From: Octopus bimaculoides
Lineage: Eukaryota
Assembly: GCF_001194135.2 (NCBI RefSeq)
Contig: NC_068983.1
Coordinates: forward strand, 99,009,454-99,073,453
DNA: 64,000 nucleotides
Reading direction: 5' to 3'
Under the pieces are notes generated by a model. That model was not told the DNA's origin and did no database searches. It saw only the letters and a program-made list of their open reading frames with translations. Position 1 is the stretch's first letter; every line of letters begins with the position of its first letter. Below are positions 52,591 to 64,000 of the stretch, piece by piece. A program made the translations under genes and the position numbers.

Positions 52591-53002
52591 TTCCTGAAGG
52601 GCCGGGGGCTTTCCCTGTCTTCATACTCTTAATAGCTTTATCTACCATGGTACTGTCAACTCGAATCGCTGGTCCCTCTGTTGGGTCGACATTCGGCAGA
52701 CTGTCTTCCTCCCTTTCATTCTCTTTATTGAGCAACCTTTTGTAGTGGCGTCTCCATATCTCTTTCTTTGCAGCCTCGTTTAGTGCAAGCATACCATCAT
52801 CCATGCGAACACATTTCTTTCCGACGACATCACAATTCTCTCTCACACACTGTCTTGCAACACGAAATACCTCAAGTCTTTGGTCCTCACGGCGCAGAGC
52901 ATTGGCAATTTTTTTCTTATCTGCTTCCCCTCTGGCTAAATAAACCTGTCGCTTAGCTTCCCTTCTGGCAGTCTGATACAATTCCTTGCCACCACCGTTC
53001 TT
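52590..53002 (-). mobile_element. Inverted RTE ORF2 fragment paralogous to 51175-51499
   Basis: ARQCVRENCDVVGKKCVRMDDG...GKAPGPSG. Confidence 0.85.
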
Positions 53003-53660
53003 NNNNNNNNNNNNNNNNNNNNNNNNNNNNNNNNNNNNNNNNNNNNNNNNNNNNNNNNNNNNNNNNNNNNNNNNNNNNNNNNNNNNNNNNNNNNNNNNNN
53101 NNNNNNNNNNNNNNNNNNNNNNNNNNNNNNNNNNNNNNNNNNNNNNNNNNNNNNNNNNNNNNNNNNNNNNNNNNNNNNNNNNNNNNNNNNNNNNNNNNNN
53201 NNNNNNNNNNNNNNNNNNNNNNNNNGTGTGTGTGTGAACGCACATGGCTCAGTGGTTAGAGCGTAGAGCTTACGATCGTGAGGTTGTGAGTTTGAATCCC
53301 GGACCGGGCTGCGTGTTGTGTTCTTGAGCAAGACACTTTATTTTATGTTGCTCCAGTTCACTCAGCTGTAGAAATGAGTTGCGACGTCACAGTTGCCAAG
53401 CTGTATCAGCCTTTGCCTTTCCCTTGGATAACAGGGGTGGCGTGGAGAGGGGAGGCCAGTATGCATGGGCGACTGCTGGTCCTCCATAGCAATTTTCAAT
53501 GGCCAGAGAACTGAAGAGATGGCGGCGTGGGTTTCCGCCCCGGCATCCGAAACTCGGAGTTTTATCATGGCTACCAAATAATTGTCACATATTTTTACAG
53601 ATAAATTCCTCTATTTACATAATATCGAGGTCTCTTTCTTTCTTTTGTTGTCTTTTCTAT

Positions 53661-53695
<35 letters not shown>

Positions 53696-54974
53696 AATTA
53701 TATATATATACATGAATTATAGCGCGCGCGCATATATATATGGGGGGGGGGTTCAGGACCTCAGCAACTGTAAACAACATGAAATACGAAAGCAAATGTG
53801 TTGAATATGTTAACAACGAGATAAATACCTCAGCATATCCCCGTTTATTACTTAAACTTATGTCGATTCCTCCGTGATATTGTTTTGCATTTATAATTAA
53901 AAAAATATATGCAAATTATAAAAGAAATAAACAGTACTGTTTCTACTTTGCGGATTTTCACCTATAACAGGTGATTTTGGACGTAACACCCGCGATAGCA
54001 GAGGGATTACTGTATATATAAACACACACGCGCGACGAACTTCTTTCAGTTTTTGTCCCAGATGCACTCACAAAGCCTTGGTCGGGCAGTGGACATGGTA
54101 GAAAACACCTTCCCGAGGTGCGACACAGTGGGATTGAATCCGGAACCATGTGGTTGAGTAGCAAACTCCCTACTACACAGCCACGCCTTCGCTCGTCAAT
54201 TTGATACATATATTTATCGAAGAAAAGTTTATTTTTAAAATTCCACTCGAAACTTTTCATTTTGTCAACAGTGACTCTAGCTCTTCCTTAAATATCTGGT
54301 ATTTGTGAACGTATATACTTCCTAACCATAAACAATAATATATTCACGTTTCTTTCTTCGTGTAAAATATTTAGTCCATTGTTTGCACTTGTCTAATTTG
54401 AACCAATGAGAAAGTCTCCATGTAATTGCTTGACTCGCTAAAATAGCAGCCAAATCTTCCTAAAATTACACCTTATTTTTAAAAAGGAGAAACACATTGA
54501 ATAATATAGTTTTAAATACAATTTGTCTAAAAACTCGACAGGATAGTCACTTCCGGCGTACATTCGATTGAATCATCGATAGGGTTTTTAAAAAAAGAGA
54601 CTATTTTCGTATTACTTTCTTTCAGAGTTTTATTACGAAGTTAAAATCTTAAAATTTCTATTATTTGTCTTCATAACATAAGCCCTTTTTTTCCGTAACA
54701 CTAATATATACTAATACGTGGATACCATGTAATAGTATATATTAGTATAAATATTTTCATTCTCTCGACAATGGCAAATATCACATAAATGGGATTGAGA
54801 CTACATTCCACCGAGCCCTCTCATATCAACAGAGTAATGTTGGTTAAAGTATTCACATTGTATCAAATTGTTAGAAATCTACTTAAATGTACTTAAAATA
54901 TACTTTCAATATTTGATGTTTCATGTTTAAAATTCTCCTTTCGCCATTTTTTAAACTACCTAGTTTTCCTCGCA

Positions 54975-55516
54975 TTAGTGCGGACTGAGCCAATTAGGAG
55001 CTACATTAGCGTGCAGTCTTACCGCAGTATCCGTAGTTTACACTGTGAAATGACCTGATCTGGGTTAGGAGGTTAAGGCTTAGGGATAGAATTTGGACCT
55101 ACAATTGAGCTAGTGTTAGGGTTTAAGAATAAGGTTTGTGTTTAGGGTCTAGGCTTCAAGGTTAGGGTCTAGGGTAGTGGTTCTCAACCAGTGCCTATGG
55201 ACCCTTTTGATTCATATTTTACTCTACTGGATCTCCATAGCCATTCGATGTGTACATAAAAAAATCTTCCTGCATTTTTATCACTAAATATTATTAGGAC
55301 TTGTATAAAAAAATTAAAATATTTTTGTGTATTATGGAATGTATAAGCAACTTATTGCACGTAAATTTTAATAACAAAATTTTATATAGACCCCGGGTGG
55401 GAATCACTGGTCTAGGGTTAGGAATAGGGTATAAGGATTAAGATCTAGGGTTATTTTTCAGGTTTAGGCTTACACTGCACGCTAAAGTATAAATGGCTTG
55501 GTAGACCGCACGCTAA
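54975..55516. mobile_element. Foldback/MITE-like element with a degenerate (GGTTAG)n body
   Basis: Perfect inverted 12-mer TTAGCGTGCAGT (55006-55017) / ACTGCACGCTAA (55474-55485) plus an outer imperfect IR. Confidence 0.55.
55175..55409. mobile_element. hAT (Charlie/MER5-like) MITE
   Basis: TIR tagtggttctcaacc...gggtgggaatcactg; perfect 8-bp TSD gtctaggg at 55167-55174 and 55410-55417. Confidence 0.85.
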
Positions 55517-55789
55517 GTGGCATCGCCAATTGTTGTTTAGATCTTTCTATGATCATGTGTCCCCATTTACTGATGATCAATCATATTGATTAGTGAAAGA
55601 AACAGTGACGGTATCGATCCAAATACTCAATTGATACTTATCTTATATGCTACGGAAAGATGAAAGAGAAAATCGACCTTGACAAGATTTGAACTCCGTA
55701 CATAAAAGACTGTAATACTGTAGGGTATTTATTCAACTTTCTAGCCATTCTACTAATCTGCAACTCTCTCCCACCATTAAATGTATCGT

Positions 55790-56440
55790 AAGGACGGCGA
55801 CCGAGCAGAATGATTAGTGCGTCGGACAAAATGCTTAATGACATTTCTCTTGGCATTACGTTCTCACTTCAAATTCCGCTGAGGTTGACTTTGCCTTTCA
55901 TCCTTTCAGGGTCAGTGAAATAATTACCAGTGGAACATTGGGGTCGATGTAAATTTCAGACCTTGTGTCTATAATAGAAAAGATTATTATTAAAAGCGGT
56001 GAGCTAGAAGAATGGTTAGCACGCCGGGCAAAATGCTCAGCAGCATTTCATGCGTCTATACGTTATGAGTTCCAATTCCGCTGAGGTCGATTTTGTCTTT
56101 CATCCTTTCAGGATCGACAAAATAGATATCAATACAACACTGGAAACGATGTAATCGGATAGCCCCTTTTCCCAAAATTTCAGGCCTTGTGCCTATAACA
56201 GAAATGATTATCGTTATTGTTGTTGTTAAGACGACGAGCTAGCAGAATCTTTAGCATGACGAACCAAATGCTTAGCGACATTTTTTCCGGCTTTATGTTC
56301 TCAGTTCAAATTCCACTAAGGTCAACTTTATCTTTCATCCTTTCGCGGTCGGTAAAATAAGTACCAATTGAGCACTGGAGTCGATGCAATCTACTACCTA
56401 CCTTCCCCAAAATCTCAGATTTTGTAACTATAGTAGAAGG
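55790..56440 (+). mobile_element. Three tandem SINE-C copies, CpG-rich
   Basis: Heads near 55790, 55993 and 56226, separated by attattat-type tails. Confidence 0.8.
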
Positions 56441-57189
56441 GATTAGGTATATCAGAAATGCCAAGAAAAATGTCCAGTTTAACATAGAATAGCTGCCTCC
56501 CATTAGAAATTAAGATATGACTAATGAGATTGCCTGATACTGACTATAATAAACATAATTTATAATAGGATGAAAGTCACATAAACATTTATTGATTTCT
56601 AACTTCAGTACACGACCAGAAATTTAAAGAGGAGAGATATAATTGATTGACTTGATCCACATTACATTAAGGCTATCTATTTTATTGATCTCTGTGAGAT
56701 GAAAGGCAGTCAACCTCGGTAAGATTTGAGCTATGAACATAAAGAGAGGCAAGTAAATACGACTTGCCGTTTAGTCTGGCACTACCATGTCCGCAACCCC
56801 GAACGCTTTTTTTTTTTGTAACTAAATAATTTTAATGTTTGTATGAATTAATTCTAATACAATTACGCACAGGTATGGTTATGTGGTGAGAAGTTTGCTT
56901 CCCATCCAAATGGTTACGGTTTCAATCCTACTACGTGGCACCTTGAGCAAGTATCTTTTACTTTCGCCCCCGGTCGACCAAAGCCTTGTGAGTGGATTTG
57001 GTAGAGGAAAACTGAAAAAAAAAAAAACCGTCGTGTATGTATATAGGGTGTTTGGGCTAAATTCGACGATTTTTTTAATGTCTCCTTATTTCAGGAACAA
57101 CTTGATGTTTTGGTGAACAGTCAATGCCGTTGGAGAGCATAAAGATTAAAATTGTAGTTGAGAAAAAGTTAGCTGACATGGAGGACTAG

Positions 57190-57750
57190 AAGCTACTTGG
57201 ATTTTGGAAAAGAATTACCTGTATCATGACAATTCATGCCGGATGTCAAAATGCAGACTAGTAATCAATGCTCTGAGAACAATGTAAAGGCTGTAAGATG
57301 TGACATGGTCTTTGGGTGCGTCTCCAGTGAAGTCATGCCGCCCCACATCTTTGAACAGGGCTTCAGGCGCAATTTAGATGGCTATATGAAGCTGCTGGAG
57401 ACTGTGGTCAATCCTTGGTCAGAGAAGGTTACTGCTTGAAGGCCATATGTATTCCAACAGGATTCGGCTCCTTGCCATACCTCTGGAAAGCGTCAGAAGT
57501 AGTTGTTGGAGAATTTCTACGACTTCACCAACCCCAATATCTGACCTCCTAATCCCCCGATTGTAATTTCATGGATTGCTATTGTGAGGCTCTGTTGAGA
57601 AAAGCACCAACCGCTCAGTCAACAACACCATTGCAGACCTGGTGCCCAAGATCAAGGTGATCGCATATTTCCCCAGGGACACAGTGAGGAATGCATACGC
57701 CAGGTTTCGGTGCAGTCTTGAGGCCGGGATGGAAGCTGAGGGTGGATATA
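57190..57750 (+). mobile_element. Tc1/mariner-superfamily transposase remnant (DD37D/maT-like)
   Basis: MVFGCVSSE..MPPHIF, YVFQQDSAPCHTS, PPNPPDCN; stops and frameshifts. Confidence 0.8.
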
Positions 57751-58135
57751 TGTAGATATATGTAGATATATATGTGGATATACGTTGGATATATGTAGTT
57801 AAAGGATTTTAAAAAGTTATTAAAAAGATTTCTATTATTTAACAGAATGTCACTAACCTTTGTAGAAGTTTATATATAGTACAGCCGGAAATTATATATA
57901 GTACAACCGGAACTAGTCAACATTTAAACAGTTAACAATTCAAAACACTCCCTATTTACAAAATATAAGATTATGGTTTGTTGCCAACTTAATGTGACAG
58001 TCCCAGGAAAGGGAAGAATGCTACTGCTATTTAGCCCCAGAAAATACCGTTTCCAGTTGGAATTTCCAGTTTTCACTTGAAATTCTGTATGTTTTCAAAG
58101 GTGAATAAGCATCGACAGCTAGCAAGCCAAGCTAC

Positions 58136-58178
58136 TCCAGACTGATGAAAAGCAATAACTCTGAAACTAGTCTCTGGA
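58136..58178 (+). ncRNA. Minimal type-I hammerhead ribozyme, one stem II mismatch
   Basis: UCCAGA-CUGAUGA-AAAG(CAAUAA)CUCU-GAAA-CUAG-UC-UCUGGA. 6-bp stem I, palindromic ACUAGU, GUC triplet. Confidence 0.75.
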
Positions 58179-58289
58179 TGCTGGCTTTGCTGGATTGAGG
58201 TGCTTATCTCCCTGAGGTGCTTATCTCCCGAGCGTCCTTAGTAGTTTACGATTGCTTTCAATTAGACCAGTTCTTCTTGAAATCCTTAA

Positions 58290-58680
58290 AATCAACTTTC
58301 AGAAAAATAAATCTTGCAAACATATTGTGAATAATAGTAAAGAATCTGTTGATGGAATCTTATGTATATATGTATGTATGTTATATAAAGATATCATGGA
58401 AAATATGCGCGGATTCAATGTTTCTCTATACATGGTCTTCATAGGCTAGGAAAAGGCATTCGGCTCAGAGCGACATATAGCAAGATCTATCTTCAAAAGG
58501 TTAGGAGTGATTAGTAAAGTTGTTATTCTGTTTAGATATCTCTGAAAGAATCAACAAGCAGACGTCAGAGTGAAGAAGGAATACAGAATACTTCTATATC
58601 AAGAAAGGAGTTCATCAAGGTTGTCTTGTCTCACCCATGTGCTTCAACTTCAGCCAATAAGTTTGAATTTGTATAGCAAC
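58290..58680 (+). mobile_element. Degenerate LINE RT fragment
   Basis: LYMVFIG*EKAFGS (cf. FIDLEKAFD) and KKGVHQGCLVSPMCFN. Confidence 0.65.
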
Positions 58681-58849
58681 ATTCTGGGAACGATAAGTCC
58701 CAGTAAATACTTGTAATATACTCGTTTGTTTCAATCGAGTATACGTCGTCCATGGCAAAATTAAGTAATATACTTAATACAGTAAAATTATAATTAAAGT
58801 TATGAAGTGACTTGCTAAATTATGAACAATCCTTTTTTTTTTTTAACTG

Positions 58850-59245
58850 TGACTGTGTGGTAATAAACTTACTTCACAATGACATGGTTCTGGGTTCAGT
58901 CCCACTGCGTGACATCTTGGGCAAGTGTCTTCTACTATAGCTTCGGGCCGACCAAAGCCTTGTGAGTGGATTTGGTAGACGGGAACTGAAAGAAGCCTGT
59001 CATATATATATGAATATATTTATATGTGTGTGTCTTTGTTTGTCCCCCACCATCATCGTTTGACAACCGATATTGGTGTGTTTATGTTCCCGTAACGTAG
59101 CGGTTCGGCAAAAGAGACCGGTAGTATAAGTTCTAGGGCTTACAAAGAATAAGTCGTGGGGTCGATTTGTTCGACAAAAAAACCCTTTAAGACAGTGCTC
59201 CAGTATGGCCGCAGTCATATGACTGAAACAAGTAAAAGAATAAAG
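58850..59245 (+). mobile_element. SINE-B, long CpG-rich copy
   Basis: Head, microsatellite and tail ending gactgaaacaagtaaaagaataa. Confidence 0.85.
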
Positions 59246-61734
59246 AAAGCAAGCTATTGCAAGCTCTTGTAAAATAGATGTTGTAGAAAGGTGGATTTTT
59301 GCCCTTTTATTTTCGTTGTTAAATGGTCTTAGTATGACATTGTCACGCTGTCTTAACGTCACAAAGCGACATTGTCGTACTGGCTCGTTGTCAAATTGCT
59401 ACAATATAATCTTATTACATTGAGGCATTGCGATATTTCCATTTTATTAATCATGTAGACGCTATTCATTACTTTTTTTTCTTCATAGCATCATTAACAC
59501 CGTCCCTTAAATCGGGAATATTCATTTGCATCATGTGTGACTTATGAACGACTTGGTAAACGTTCTTTATCTAGGGAGGGCAATTCAGACGGTGTTTATT
59601 GGACAGAGAGAAATACTGTACTAGACCAATGATCCGACAAGCTTGTGACTGGAAACGTTCAAGATTTTTGGATTTTCCGGTTTTCTAGAGACGGTCTAAA
59701 AATATACTTAAAATATAAAATAAACTATGAAAAGTAAAGAACTAAATTGTGTGAATAAGATTCAAATTAATACACTTCTAAAGCAGGATCTGTTTGATAT
59801 GTATTAATCCGCTTAAAATTCTTGAAATATATCAGGATGAAAATTAAAAGAAGAAAAGTAAAGAACATGATTTTATTTAACAGATAGGTACAAATTAATA
59901 CAATTCTGAAGCAGAGTAGCTTTAATCCCTATCAATCAACGTAATAAATGTAAAGAATACAAATATTTTTCACACATCGTATGCAAAGTAACAAACTTTT
60001 AAAACATGCTTTGTTTACTCAGTATAGGATGTAATACATTGGCCGGTGTTGAACAGCATTCCCGGATTTCTGGAAATTACGGATTTTTGGTAGACGGATA
60101 AATGGTCCGGTACTATATAAACTAAATTTATCTTACAGTAGTCCGGTCTGTTAAAAAAAAACACAAAAAACACGTGATCTTATTATAACGAAAGCTAAAA
60201 CTAGAGGATTTGTTACTAATTATATGTTGTACTTGTATTATTCATGCTTTGCTTGTAAAGGATTCAAATAGTAATCGAGGCAACGAACGTGACTGTTTTT
60301 CTTTATTTCAATGAGTCAAAAAACAATCAGAGCAGAACACTAGAACAAACTGGCACATAACACATTACGAAGTGTGGAATATTTGATAATATCACTAGAT
60401 AAATCTAATTAAAAACGAATCAATAACAACATCACAAAGTCATTCCTTCATGCACGAATTCTCAGGTAAACAGAGTAGATGGAGTAGGTTTCCATAGTAG
60501 CAAATGAGCAATTGGTCATTAATAGAGCTACAAACAGATCATATATCAACTGTAGCCGGTGTATACGTATAAAAAAAATTCTTTTTTTAATTTGTTACAA
60601 AACATTCTCTCTATTTTTTTTTTTTTTATTCAAATTAGGCATGGCTCATAGTCGCAGGTATGACTGTGTGGTTAAGAAACTCGGTCTGCAAAGACGTGAT
60701 TTCGGGTTCAGTCCCACTGCGTGGTACTTTGGGGAAGTGTTTTTACCATATCCCTAGGCCTTCTGGGTGAATTTGGTAAGAACGTGAAGACGAACAAAAT
60801 GCCTCAAAGCATTATGGTTGGCGTGATAAGGATTTTGCCAGTTTACCGCCTCAGTAAATATTGGCTTCAAATTTTGGTNNNNNNNNNNNNNNNNNNNNNN
60901 NNNNNNNNNNNNNNNNNNNNNNNNNNNNNNNNNNNNNNNNNNNNNNNNNNNNNNNNNNNNNNNNNNNNNNNNNNNNNNNNNNNNNNNNNNNNNNNNNNNN
61001 NNNNNNNNNNNNNNNNNNNNNNNNNNNNNNNNNNNNNNNNNNNNNNNNNNNNNNNNNNNNNNNNNNNNNNNNNNNNNNNNNNNNNNNNNNNNNNNNNNNN
61101 NNNNNNNNNNNNNNNNNNNNNNNNNNNNNNNNNNNNNNNNNNNNNNNNNNNNNNNNNNNNNNNNNNNNNNNNNNNNNNNNNNNNNNNNNNNNNNNNNNNN
61201 NNNNNNNNNNNNNNNNNNNNNNNNNNNNNNNNNNNNNNNNNNNNNNNNNNNNNNNNNNNNNNNNNNNNNNNNNNNNNNNNNNNNNNNNNNNNNNNNNNNN
61301 NNNNNNNNNNNNNNNNNNNNNNNNNNNNNNNNNNTACTTACTTTTTAAAAACCTGGTACGTATTCTATTGGTCTCTGTTGCCGAACCGTTAACTTACGGG
61401 GACGTAAACACACCAACACCGGTTGTCCAGCGGTGGTTGAGAAGAAAAACAGGGACACAAAGGCGCGCGCGCACACACACACACACATTCTTTCTCTCCC
61501 TATCTCTCTCTCTCTCTCGCACACACGCACACACACACATTCACACATATGTATACGACAGTCTTCTTTCAGTTTCCGTCTACCAAATCCACTCACAAGG
61601 CTATAACAGAAGACACTTACCCAAGGTGCGACGCAGCAGGACTGAACCCCGGAACCATGTGGTTGGGAAGCATTGAACTTTTTCAAAGAGGATTCAAGAA
61701 TTGGATTCAATAATAGCACAAATGTATCGCTAAG

Positions 61735-61990
61735 TGGAGGCGCGTGACTTAGTGGTTAGGGTTTGAATTCATGATCGTAAGATTGTGATTTCGAATCCTG
61801 GACCGGGCGACGCGTTGTGTTTTTGAGCAAAACATTTCATTTCACGTTACTCCAGTCCACTCAGCAGGCAAAAAAGAGTAATCCTGCGATGGACCAGCGT
61901 CCTGTCCAGGTGGGGAATATATACGCCATGAAACCGGGAAACCGACCCTTATGAGTCAGTATGACTCGAGAAGGTAACTCTTACTTTACC
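61735..61990 (+). mobile_element. SINE-A (tRNA head gcgtggcttagtggttagg...tcgattcctggaccgggcgac). Other + copies near 12620, 13125, 21685, 26400, 53236; - copies near 12200-12435 and 30715-31060
   Basis: A and B boxes followed by the shared core ttcttgagcaa...gttgctccagtccactcagctg. Confidence 0.8.
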
Positions 61991-62334
61991 AAATGTATCA
62001 CTTGTAATGAAGACTATGTTGAGTAGTATTTTTGTATATAAGAGGAGTGAGTCTATCAGCATAAGCAATTTGAACGACCTATGCCAGTTAACAAAGTTAT
62101 GTCCACTTTTGTATTACATTCCATGTAACACTTGTATTAGTAGGGGTGGGGGATGATGTTTAACTCCAGGTCCTACGATCAAAGGTGTCCCAGCCACGAC
62201 CATCTCGTGCTTGTCTGTGCCAAGGGCTACGTCCAATATATCCTTACTTAAGATGGAATTGTGAGATTTAAGGGAGATTTGGCTGCTATTTTTAGCAGCA
62301 TAAGAGCTGGCTCAAAGGTTCCCTTGATTAGTGA

Positions 62335-62540
62335 TGTCACTTAGTAGTTGTACTGATAGTAGCAATGCTGGTGGTGCTAATTGTAGCATTGGTAAGGATG
62401 ATGATGATAGCGGTGGTGGTGATGATCATGGTAGTGACAGTTGTGATGATGATGATGATGGTGGTAGTGGTGGAGTTAGAGGTAGTAGTTATGCCGGGCG
62501 GTGACAATGTTTGGTGGTGTTGATGGTGATGTTAGTGTTG
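62335..62540 (+). repeat. (GAT/GGT)n low-complexity tract
   Basis: Direct reading. Confidence 0.85.
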
Positions 62541-63943
62541 TGTCACTGTTCTTAACTTCACTATGACTTTTCATCCACTTAACTGAAAATTATTCCTCCA
62601 TTTGTTGCATTCTGAAGATTCACCATTCCAAGTTATTCCACCTCAGAATCGTCAACGTGCCATAGTCTGGGCTGACGATTCTTCAGAGTTGACGATTCTT
62701 CAGATGATCCCTAACAACCAACACAACTGGGGATTCTAGTTTTTTTCATTCGCAAAATATAGTTTTCCAGTCTAATTGCGATGAAGGAGCATTGTGATGT
62801 TGTGGAGAAAAAAATTTGGAGGAAAAAGTTACAGGGGTTTAAAAATCGAAAAAACTGTGTATTTTTAGCCAGTAGCGAGACAGAAATTTTCTGCGTTTAG
62901 CGGAGCGGTATCAACTTTAAGGTTGTACCCTGTGAAATTTATAGTTTAGCATCTGTGAAATGACCTCTTCATTGTAGGTTTCTAAATAAACAGAAATACC
63001 TAATAAAATCAATATGCATCACCTTACTGTTTCTTTTGTCTCTTCATTGATTGTATGTTTTTTTATATTTTTTAAATTTGTTATATTAATATATTTGTCT
63101 GCATGTGTATTTCATTACTTTATGCGTATTTCAGCATTATATATACCTGTCATATATTTGCTTACATCATTAGTATATAAGTGCGCGCGCGTGTGAGAAA
63201 AAACTCCAAAACTCCAAAGGTGAGTAACGTTTTCATGCTTGGATTTGTAAACTACGATAAGAATAAAACTGGTCAACAAAGAATTTGTCCCAAGGAAAAG
63301 AATACCTGTATCTTATATGTTTTTGCATGCAGAATTCGAAAATAATGTCAAATTTTCTGTACTAAGTTCACATATTCCATTCATCTTCATAATCCCAAGA
63401 AACTGTATAAACATCGCTATATATGAAAAATATGCAAAATATTAAGACAACTGACGAAAAATATCTATAATAAAATTCTAATTGATAAATATAAATTTTT
63501 ATTAAAACAAAACACGCGGGTGAAGTAAATCTCGTGGTGCGAAGAATCAACACAACATGCGGGTGGAACACAACACAACGTGCGGTTGTCATCTCGCTAT
63601 TTGTTGGGTGGCTAAAATTACCCAAATTTCCCAACTTTAATTCCAAATAACATCAGATTCTTTAATTTACGAAATAAGGTAATTGGTTGATCGCAGTCAA
63701 AATTTAGAGTTGCATCGATACACCAAAATTGAAAGCAATCTAAGCAAAATTAAAGCGGGCTCATTTTGGGAATGAAAAAGACTGGATCCGGGATTAATTC
63801 TCCTTATTCGACCATGTTACTAGCAACACCAATAGAGACGAATTTTTAACACACATCTAATAAATATCATTGAATATATATGTAATCATACACAAGCGTG
63901 TGTATTTGTATGCATCTGTAAGTGTGTGTGTATAATGTATGTT

Positions 63944-64000
<57 letters not shown>

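Noticed and set aside
53520-53582. ATGGCGGCG mini-ORF (20 codons) with a YY1-like start on the plus strand
   Set aside because: In-frame stop, no donor, and adjacent to a SINE tail; cannot be supported as a gene start.
7632-61676. Long ORFs containing X runs (e.g. 7632-8771, 13302-14275, 43652-44841, 45449-46621, 60721-61676)
   Set aside because: They span N gaps and (AT)n/(AC)n flanks (YIYI, HTHT peptides); artefacts.

Overview
AT-rich, repeat-dense animal genomic DNA with about a dozen N gaps, mostly beside (AT)n or (AC)n tracts. The repeat landscape looks like Octopus or another coleoid cephalopod (recognised from memory, not verified). The main coding content is one minus-strand gene that the ORF track does not show as a unit. 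I assembled it by hand from six exons whose splice phases all join in frame: 20943-20843, 10919-10651, 9323-9198, 4986-4384, 1970-1887 and 759-676, about 420 aa. It encodes a very short N-terminus, one transmembrane helix ending in Cys-Cys, a basic stop-transfer segment, and a long Ser-rich tail with four YxN motifs. It uses a GC splice donor and two tandem-duplicated 84-nt exons. The rest is transposon debris: four tRNA-derived SINE families, RTE- and CR1-like LINE fragments, a Penelope-like remnant, a Helitron 3' end, a Gypsy-like gag relic, Tc1/mariner relics, and hAT- and piggyBac-type MITEs. The most unusual non-coding signal is seven minimal type-I hammerhead-ribozyme motifs. One is fully canonical, and three form the tail of a tRNA-headed SINE. 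CpG retention in repeats rises sharply beyond about 53 kb. Repeat boundaries are approximate (about 10-30 bp); exon, ribozyme and TSD coordinates were counted base by base.
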